DNA of 64,000 bases from Marsupella aquatica. Its lineage: Eukaryota; Plantae; Marchantiophyta. Where the stretch lies: NCBI GenBank assembly GCA_973895155.1, contig OZ316893.1, positions 6,658,963 through 6,722,962 on the forward strand. Reading direction: 5' to 3'. Below the pieces are notes generated by a model that saw nothing but the letters and a program-made list of their open reading frames with translations, ran no database searches and was not told where the DNA came from. Position 1 is the stretch's first letter. Every line of letters starts with the position of its first letter. The position numbers and the translations under genes were made by a program. Positions 54,921 to 64,000 of the stretch are shown in pieces.

Positions 54921-55741
54921 ATAATATGCAATCCTGCCAAGAAGTAGGCATGTCTGTTTCCAAAATGATAAATGGAGGATATGATTCCCTGCCATCAGAT
55001 TTATCAAGTGCAAAATTTTAGGGCTAAATGCAGTAATAAAAAGACATTAAATTAGGTTAAATTTGCAATTTTTGATACTTGCAATGCACCAAACTATTTT
55101 TGGACTTTTCAAATATTGGAAGGATTGCACTAAAACAGTAAACAAAGGAGCAAGTTGAGCAAGAGAATCATTTTTAAGCATTAACAGAATTTGCTGAGCG
55201 ATACACCTGGAGTGTAATACTAAGCTGACTCTCATTAATTGCAAATTGAACTCTACAATATTTGTAGTGTAGGATCTTGGGCTTTTGTTTTGGGTGGCTA
55301 ATCCCTGGAAGTGCTATACTGGTACTGTTAGGTTGTATGTGCCAGCTGCCGGCTGGGGTGCTGCCAGAGCCATGGGCACATGATATAGATCTAAGTATTA
55401 GGGACCATTGTTTCATCCAGCAGGTTGTGGGTAAGTGAAAGATCACCTGAGTGGGGAGGCCAAGGTACTCAGGTGGAATCATCCTAGAGGCATTCCCAGT
55501 TTGACACAAACCCCACCCCAAAGTGTAATGCTAACAAGCTCTTGACACTTAGAAAAAATGACATGACATCAGTTTGTGCAGGCAGAGGAAGGGTGAAATG
55601 CCATAAATGCCTAGCTTCCCAGGGATTTATCTTGTTTTCCTCTATTTTGGGATTGCAATTTTTTGTTCTTTTGCAAATCAATATATCCTAGAGAGCCACT
55701 AGGGATTGCATTTTGCTGCTCTTTTGCAATTTGATGTGTAC

Positions 55742-55970
55742 TAGGGCGTCTCAAAAGTCAAGTTCAACAAATCACTATGTGCCCCCTGGGAAGATGTTAA
55801 ATTAGGTAGGTAAGGGCAGTCCATAACTTTTGTACTGACCAATAGGGCGTGTCAAAGCAAGGCTTAAAAGTCAAGTTCAACAAATCACTATGTGCCCCCT
55901 GGGAAGATGTTAAATTAGGTGGGTAAGGGCAGTCCATAACTTTTGTACTGACCAATAGGGCATGTCAAAG
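55742..55970. repeat. Tandem duplication of ~113 bp ending in the CCAATAGGGCGTGTCAAAG TIR-like motif
   Basis: AAAAGTCAAGTTCAACAAATCACTATGTGCCCCCTGGGAAGATGTTAAATTAGGT twice. Confidence 0.85.
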
Positions 55971-56472
55971 GCTGTAACTCAGTTACAACGCAGGACATAA
56001 AGTGCATTTATAGTCACGAGAAAATTGTTACAAGCTACCAAAATATATATACCCCATAAGGATGATATGTCCAAAAATCCACAACCTTAAGGGCCGTCTT
56101 GCATGTGACAAGTCCGTTGTGTTCCGGCCCTAAACTGAACCCGTGGCATTTGTAAATGCAGCCACAGGCCGGCAGTCGTGACGACGGCTTTAGAGGATAT
56201 GCAAGGGCAAGGGCCGGAAATTTTCCGGCCCTTGAGGTCCCGAACTTTGAACTGCGAATAAAACAAAACCGCAGTGGATCCTGCCCTATACAATTTGCGG
56301 TGCCAAAGACAAAGAAATAATTAATGCGATTGAGTAAGCACGGCACACGTAAGCTCTTCTTGATTGTATTTTGTCGAAATAGGTGGGCTGCTAAGGGTTG
56401 CTTTTTTCAGGACTCTTGCACATGCAAGACAACCCTAAGACTTGTACTTACTGGAGTTCTTTGACACACCCT
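55957..56472. mobile_element. Probable small TIR element hosting a nested Tourist-like MITE
   Basis: AGGGCATGTCAAAG ... CTTTGACACACCCT inverted ends flanked by AAT/AAT; the left-end sequence recurs at ~62888. Confidence 0.5.
56091..56435. mobile_element. PIF/Harbinger (Tourist-like) MITE, 345 bp, TSD TAA
   Basis: TIRs GGGCCGTCTTGCATGTG / CACATGCAAGACAACCC; TAA on both sides; second copy at 62282-62623. Confidence 0.88.
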
Positions 56473-56737
56473 AATGCACATTTTGTGGGGGCTTACTTCT
56501 AACCTAATTTTGAGGACCAATGTACGCTTCGTGGAGGGTTGAATGTTACTTCAATCCAATAGGTCGTCAATTACTTCTGACCTATTGAGAGGCCCTACTA
56601 GAGACGGACTAACACTGCAGTAGCAGTTTAGCTCTACTGTGGTTTAGGGTTCAGATCGCAGTCTTGCTCGCAAGGATAGATTTTGTTGCGCAGCTTTACG
56701 ATGCATATACCTTCCCTTAGCCACAACAGGGTTTTAG

Positions 56738-56745
56738 TAGGGTTT
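56738..56745 (-). promoter_or_regulatory. Telo-box (AAACCCTA) upstream of NIP7
   Basis: TAGGGTTT, with related TTTAGGGTT/AGGGTTT motifs at ~56643, 56728 and 56981. Telo-boxes are typical of plant ribosome-biogenesis genes. Confidence 0.45.
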
Positions 56746-57005
56746 ATGCCAACGAGTACTCACAGACAGTCACCATCTTCGAATTCGACGATCAACCAAT
56801 TTGTCAATCTCTCCTTCGAAGCTCTACTGTAGAACTCTTGCATTGACGACATTCGCGAGATCGCGGAAGCAAAATCACTATCCTTGAAGGTGTACTCTCT
56901 GCGCTCCTCGAGTATATCCTTCTTGACACGTAGAATTGTGGTCGAAGGACACAGGAAGGTTTAGGTCGTCCTGAAGAACGAGGGTTTTAGACAGAGTTGG
57001 GCGCG

Positions 57006-57569
57006 ATGCGGCCTCTGGACGAGGCGGAGACGACACAGGTGCTGGAGAAGCTACACAAGTTCGTAGGATCCAACCTGAAGCACCTCATCGAGCGGCCGGC
57101 CTCGGAAGGTCCGGAGGACAAGCCCGGAGGCTACTGCTTCCGCCTCCACAAGCAGAGAGTCTACTACGTCAGTGAGTCTCTCGTAAGGCGGGCGACGAAT
57201 ATCTCCAGGGACAAGCTCTGCAGTCTAGGAACCTGTTTAGGTAAGTTCACCAAGTCCGGGAAATTCCGCCTTACTGTGACATGCTTAGACCTCCTTGCGA
57301 AGTATGCCAAGTTTAAGATATGGCTAAAGCCTTCGTCGGAGATGTCCTTTCTTTATGGAAATCATGTAACCAAGAGCGGATTAGGTCGAATTACGGACAA
57401 CACTCCTCAATATCAGGGAGTCGTCATATATTCGATGTCAGATATTCCACTAGGGTTCGGTTTGGCTGCCAAGTCGACGCAGGATTGCCGAAAGTTAGAT
57501 CCTAATGATATTGTTGCCCTTCACCAGTCGGATATTGGTGAGTACCTGCGTATGGAGGATGAGCTATAG
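57006..57569 (+). CDS. NIP7: 60S ribosome subunit biogenesis protein NIP7 homologue, intronless CDS, 187 aa
   Basis: [21 protein letters not shown]...[12 protein letters not shown]...[17 protein letters not shown]...[16 protein letters not shown] (PUA domain)...[15 protein letters not shown]. Confidence 0.96.
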   Translation: MRPLDEAETTQVLEKLHKFVGSNLKHLIERPASEGPEDKPGGYCFRLHKQRVYYVSESLVRRATNISRDKLCSLGTCLGKFTKSGKFRLTVTCLDLLAKYAKFKIWLKPSSEMSFLYGNHVTKSGLGRITDNTPQYQGVVIYSMSDIPLGFGLAAKSTQDCRKLDPNDIVALHQSDIGEYLRMEDEL

Positions 57570-60500
57570 GTGTAATTTATGTTTCTGCTTCCCCTTCAGA
57601 GTGCATAATTGCATGTAACACAGGATTGCCCGAGTTCTACACGAAATTATAGTTTTAGACCGTTTTTTGTGGATTTGCAATTGTCACTGTCCACTTGATT
57701 GTTCGGAATGCACGGGTTGACGAAATGGCATTATATTCGCCTTCTTATTTCACTAAGGACTGAAGTGCGTTAGCGTTAGTCATTTTGCTCTCCTATGAGT
57801 CAGGAGGGCTAGTGTCTTCGTTGTCTTTAGGATGCTTTCGGTTCACTGAACGCCCACGGGCTTCTTCTGGTAAATTTAATGCATCTTGAGTTGTTGTACG
57901 GATGTCATCTAAGCTTTGACGTCTGAAGACAAGACCTGTTCGAGGCCGCAGTTTGACCACTGAAGGGCAGCTTTCACTTTTGCGTTATTTTCTCCCAGAA
58001 GCACCCATTTCATTGCACTCAAGACACACAGACTTTAAGTATGTTTTTGAAAAGACCCAGTTCCTTGGTCAGTGTTCTGTAATTGGAATCATCATGACAT
58101 TTTCCCTAATCTCGACTGCGTCAATGTCGCATGCTACTGTGCAAATCCTCTGAGGATACCTGCATCACCCTTGTCAATATTCTTAATTGTTGTTCATGCC
58201 AGTGGAAGTTGTTCTTCTGTTATCGGCTTTGAAATTATCGGGCCATCAGGCAATTGCAAAAAAGCTTTGACCATCGCTTGCAATCCACTGTTTCCGATTG
58301 GACATTCTGTGAGATAGACCTAATTGTGAGGAACAAACGTGAATAATTCTTCATTCATTTAGTTGTTTGTGGCTTGGCTTCCAAGTTCGTGGCCTGTACA
58401 CCTGCACTTCGTGAGAAATGAAGTACAGCACGGCTTCTTGCCTCCGCCACGCTGGGTGTTTCTGTGTGTTAAGTTGTCATTTTCAGGCCACTCTTTTCAA
58501 AAGCAGTTCAATTATGTCCGATGAATATTCTGCTCGTAATATGAGAGCAAGATTATGAACTCTTCCAAAATAATGTGTTGGGCAAATTCGATAGACATCT
58601 TTTAAAACAGATATACTGAATTGCAGGAGTATTGAAAGTTTCCTCAGTATCATTTCTTGATCCTGGATCTTGGTTTTCGTGCGATTGTTGTAGTATCTGA
58701 AACGAAACAGAAGAGCTACACTAGAGTTTTCTTTGCAGAGTTCCTATGTTGATTTATTAGTTTGCTGAGTGTTGTATATAGATGCCAATTGGTCATCAAT
58801 TGTGGATGGACTCACTTGTAGAAAAGACCCTGGGGCATAAGTGTGCAGTACCCGTTTTTAATACTGTATTGGCAAGGATGTCCTAGTAGCAAGTCTGCTG
58901 AAGATCTATTTCAATCTATTTCAATTTTCCAATTGTAACGTTCTTCATTGTTTTGGGCTTGATTTGGAGTTCACTTGCATGTGATCTGCGTATATTTCTG
59001 GTGTTGAATAAAGCCAACTCAGTAACAGCAAATGAAATTAACACGGGAAACCTTTTAAGAGATCCCATAGTCATATGAACCAAGGTACAGCTGAAGCTGC
59101 CCAAAGATCGCAAAGTTCAGAGTCACCTGCCCAATATAATGTGAAGGCTACACAACAATTGACTAGCAAAGCTAACGTAACTAAATAGATGGAGTCACTT
59201 CTAGAAAGGCAAGTAAGAGGGTTATCGTGGCAAGAAAGGCAAGTAAGAGGGTTATCGTGGCTAAGAGTACCACAGGGTGATTGCCACCTTCCTGAAGAAC
59301 TGCTGTAACCACCATTGCTTCTCCTCTTACCCATAGCTGATTTCTCCTAGAGTTCCTGCAATCAACTTGAATATATGTTCTCAGAGTTGCTCGTAACTTG
59401 GAATCGACTGAAGCCCAACTTTCTCCAACGCGTCTCTCTCAGTTTAGAGGGGGCTTTACAAGAGTACTGGGCCATTGTCTTCTTGATGTTCCCTTTCAGA
59501 TTCAATGTGGACCATTAATGAACCGAAACTGCTGCAGTGGCTTTACAAGAATCCCTGGGCCCATTCAGGTATGGTGTGTAACATTCCTACATGGCAAGAA
59601 GTGGGCCCAAGCAGGGGGCTGAGGAGTGTTTACTTTCTCTAGAATTTTATATCACCTCAAAAGGTGATCCAAAACATTTGCAAACTTTGGCTCCACTCAG
59701 GGAATTAGCATTTATTGAAGTTCACTCTTTTATTGAAGGGATTTGTATTTATTGAAGTTCACTTCAAAAGGTATTTTATCTTCAGTCCATCTGTTGGAGA
59801 AGTAGCAGTCTACAGTAGTTTCCTTGTCAAAAAAAGCTCACAAGTGTAACTTTCCTTTAGGATAAGAAATGGCTCTCCACTTTGCTTTGGTGAAAGTCAC
59901 TCGTGCCGACCCCCACTCCTAAAGCCACCGCACTCTCCAAGAAGTCCTGAGAAAGTTGTTGAACTAGAACTAGACATTTGGATGAAAGTATTCCTCTGTT
60001 CAGGTTCAAGGATGTGTTGCAATGCACGGGTGCAATTATTTACTAAAACCGCAAAAATCAGTGAGATGGGGGAACCACGAAAAACTAATCATAGTGCTAG
60101 ACCAGCAAAACTCCCTCATGGAGATTCAGATCAAAATTCAGTAGGGGACGTTTAGAGTCAAGCTCGATCACATTTTCGCCCTGCTCGCCTCCAAAGAAGC
60201 AGCAAACATTCAAGCAAGCAAACTACTGTAGAAAAGTAGAGTACCTGCTCGTGCAAATCGAGTCAGCTTGACTGCTTAGCAATATAGGCCCCTATCAATG
60301 ACTGACTTTTAAAGGGTTTAAATGTTTTGCAGAAACACAACGTGAAGATTCGAGGTTCCTAATTGTCGGCCAAATGACGATCAACAACTCCACCGAAGAA
60401 ACTGAATCAAGCCAGACATTATAGATTGCACTAAACATGATTGATCAGCTCTGGGCATCATCAAACATAAACAGTGAACTCGCAGCAAGACACTGGTCAA

Positions 60501-62024
60501 CACATTGCAGGGAATGGCCAGGGAAACGAGCTCAACACCTTGCACGAACCAAATTTCAACTACGGTAAGGTACTGATTCACTCACCAAGGGAACAGTCTA
60601 TCATTAATTGTGGGTTTCCATCCGAGAACGAAGGCCGGCCCCGTACAGTACTGTGGCAGCTAACCCAGGTTGACTTCGACTCTGCCAATTAATTAATCGC
60701 CGATGATGAACGGCCCAAAAATAATAATAGCTCCCAAACTCCCAAAGGCCAAAGCCCCAGGCTCACTTTTCCCGCCAACCCTCACCAATCCAGGTCCGTT
60801 GATCCTCCCCTAGCAAGATCTCCACCATTTCCGGTAATCGTAGCTTCTCTTTCTATATGCCCCACCTTCACACCCAACGGTTCTAACGGCACGCCGTCCC
60901 GAGTTCTCAAACGGCGTCCAGTACTCGTGTCCAGTCACCAGCACCTCCAGTCAGGACTGTACTCCACTTGGCTCGCTGACGGGTCACTAATCTAGAGCTA
61001 GCCCAGCTATCCAGACATAGCGGCTGTAAGAAAATTAATGCTATACGGGCTCCACCGCTACACATAGGTGGACGCTAATTAAGCTCCCAAATTAGGGATA
61101 TCTACTCAACGTATACTACTGGTACGTCATACGTTAATACTGTATCCACGGATCGCCGATACCGGGACTCAGCAGAGACTGGGTGACCGTGCGATGTCAG
61201 ATCGGAAGGCGTAGAGTTATCAAGCCCTTGAACCTCGTTTGCGTACACCACTCCAGTCCCTTTGAAAGCGAAGTGGGACGGGCAAGGGATGGGGCCGGAC
61301 CTATGAAACAGAGGCTTGGCGCGCTGGGTGGTATCGGCGTACAGTCGTCGGAGGTCGGGAAAATCCGAGTATCTGCGGGAGGGATCGCGCCTTCTCCGCG
61401 ACCGCCGACCGGAGAAGTCGAGCATGTGAGCGGACACTGACATACCGAGAAGACGGGATCGGCGGCGGTTCTGGAGCCCAAAACGCGCGGCAAATGCGCT
61501 CTGACGGCAGCTGATCCTGTTCCTAATCTTTGACGGCGTCGTATGGTCCAATTATTACCGAGTCTGGACTTGGTTTACCTTTCTTTTGGGATTGGGATAA
61601 TGGGATTTTATTTGTTTGTAGACAATGTGTCATTGCCCAAGAACGAGCAGTGCTGTCGAGACGGGAGAGCCAATAAAGGGGAGAAAAAATGGGGAAAATA
61701 CAGACCTAATCTCTCAGAACTAATCTCTCAGAGCTGTAAAAGTTTGGACCTGATAGCTCAGGGAACTAATCTCTCAGAGGTGTAAAAGTTCAGATTCGTA
61801 TTAACTCTTCTAAACTTAGCTCAAAGAAGGTCTTATTGAGCGCCAACTCCCTTGAGGGTTGCCCTCGAGATAATATTGGCCCTTTGCGTAGAGATTTTGG
61901 GAAAACCAGATTTTGGGAAAACCAGATTTTGCTGCTGACACAATTTGCTCCGTCCGATGTGCGCAAGTGTGCACACAATCTGCTATGTCTGTGTTCAGCA
62001 AGGGTGTTTATCTCCCTGCTTTGC

Positions 62025-62148
62025 TTATTCACCCAATAATAATATTTGTTATTCCCAAGGCAGCTTTGTTCATCCACCTAATAATAATATTTTGTTTTAT
62101 GCCCAAGGCAGCTTTCTTCATCCACCTATTAATAATATTTTGTTTTAG
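62025..62148. repeat. Three-copy ~45-bp tandem repeat
   Basis: CACC.AATAATAATATTT..GTT..AT.CCCAAGGCAGCTTT units. Confidence 0.75.
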
Positions 62149-62281
62149 ACCTTAAGGACAAGGGAGTTTTTGGCCTTTGCCCTTGGCTCTCCACATGAAA
62201 TGCGGCATTGTAATGATATCATAACATCAGTTATTTTGAGGATCACATAACAACAGGTCAATCTCATTTGTGTTTCTATTA

Positions 62282-62623
62282 GGGCCATCTTGCATGTGAC
62301 AAGTCCTTTGTGTTCCGGCCCTAAACTGAACCCGTGGCATTTGTAAATGCAGCGACAGGCCGGCAGTCATGATGGCGGCTTTAGAGGATATGCAAGGGCA
62401 AGGGCCGGAAATTTTCCAGCCTTTGAGGTCCCGAACTTCGAACTGTGAATAAAACAAAACCGCAGCGGATCCTGCCCTGTACAATTTGCGGTGCCAAAGA
62501 CAAAGAAGTAAATGTGATTGAGTAAGCACGGCACACGTAAGCTCTTCTTGATTGTATTTTGCAGAGATCGGTGGGCTGCTAAGGGTCGCTTTTTTCAGGA
62601 CTCTTGCACATGCAAGACAGCCC
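62282..62623. mobile_element. PIF/Harbinger (Tourist-like) MITE, second copy, 342 bp, TSD TTA
   Basis: GGGCCATCTTGCATGTG...CACATGCAAGACAGCCC flanked by TTA/TTA; high similarity to 56091-56435. Confidence 0.88.
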
Positions 62624-64000
62624 TTAGGCTTGAATACATGGACACATTGCTTTCCAACTAGATTAAATACATTGGTAATTAAGAAACTTTTCCTGTTTTC
62701 CAGACCCTCATGGCAAGCTCCTTCCAAAACCCTTGGAAACATGTGTTGCCACATGAACACTATTAATATGGTTGGTAATAGGCTTGGGCTTGTCTAACAG
62801 GGATAGACCAAAAACACTTACTCTGAAAGGGAGTACCCCTAACTCTTCCCTTATGGCACGGGTCAATGCATATCCACCTGCAACCAATAGGGCGTGTCAA
62901 AGGCCCGCCATAACTCAGTTACAGCTTAGGCCATAAAATGTTTATATGGCCTGATCGTAACTTCTTACGGGGTACCTAGAAAGGTGCTACCTAGAAAGGT
63001 GCCCCATAAGGCTTGGACGTCCCAATGTGGATGTCCATAGGGCCGTCCGCTACGGTGTCCGTCCTGAGTCAGCACAACACAACTTCCACGAAACTCCTTT
63101 TGTCTCGTGAAACAACTACTTCCGTTCCCCTCGTGCCTTCCCAGTGATGTGCGTTCGAGTAGTGCAGCAGTGGAGTAGTACTCGAACCGCGACAACGGAA
63201 TTCAGTTTGGCTGGTCGTCGACAGTTCTCTATCTACAGTACAGCTGAAACCATATTGGCAAGTAGTGTAGGATAACTGGATCTCTCAGTTCGCCTGGCTT
63301 GATCGAGCAGCTGAATAAACTGTTGTTAAGCCACTGCCTATGTTTTTCCGTCGTATCAATTAGACCAGAAACACACACGAGAAGACATGTAAACTGCAGT
63401 GTTTGATCTAAAGACTAACATAGCTTCCAATCAATTGGGTCAAATTGAGGTCAGTGTTAGATTCAGCAATCAAGATGTCCCAAGATGTCGGAGAATGCAA
63501 GCTGGACAGTCGAATTACTTTCCAGGTTTTGAGCAAGGAATTCATATCCTTGGCTTGACTTTGATTGTTCCATTACTGTGTGATCAAATTTGCTTATTGC
63601 GAACAGCCCTGGGCACAATCCGTTGTCGAGATTGGAGACATTTCAGATTTTGTAGAGGGTGTGTCTGTCATATGAGTGGATCAGCCCTGATTGATGCCTG
63701 GGCTGATAGTAGCCAAAATTGACGCAGCCATTGTGGGAGGAAAGAAAATGTAAAGGATGGAGAGAGGCAAGCTCATGCTGCTGAGGTGTTCTGAGGGGAG
63801 ACAGACGATCCTTCTTTCTTTCTTCAGCACTGGAGCACACACAAGTCTTCCAGAACACTACTTGCAACCACGACACTACCTGCAAGTGGTGTTTGCGATT
63901 GTCACCGGCTGTAACTCCAATTTCTACCCTGTAGGTAGGTTTTATGGGAGGTGTCAAAACATGTCTTTCTTACCCATAAAGATTCCCATATTGTATTTTA

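Noticed and set aside
62227-62797. ORFs over the MITE copies (also 56035..56346, 46906..47919, 54097..55021, 41639..42214)
   Set aside because: Incidental frames within non-coding repeats; no transposase or other motifs.
63399-63957. Gene starting at the right edge of the window
   Set aside because: Short ORFs with no recognisable protein signal; may be a 5' UTR of a gene beyond the window but cannot be supported here.

Overview
Eukaryotic, intron-rich nuclear DNA from a land plant. The gene style suggests a non-seed plant, probably a liverwort or other bryophyte (inference). I assembled seven host genes by hand from splice sites: an isoflavone-reductase-like NmrA reductase (+), an intact 8-exon symbiosis kinase CCaMK/DMI3 (-), an uncharacterised ~810-aa 18-exon gene with a Par3/HAL N-terminal-like domain (-), a 9-exon NSH1/URH1-type nucleoside hydrolase (+), a 4-exon family-1 UDP-glycosyltransferase (-), histone-fold DPB4/POLE3 (+) and intronless NIP7 (+). 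UGT intron 1 holds a young full-length Ty1/copia element with ~99% identical LTRs, a half-tRNAiMet-type PBS and one nonsense codon in RNase H. Its protein motifs look ascomycete-like, so it is a candidate fungus-to-plant transposon transfer. Intergenic DNA holds two Helitrons with both ends identifiable, a MULE with a 9-bp TSD, Tourist-like and other MITEs (one nested) and many short tandem duplications. All homology calls come from motif recognition; no searches were run.
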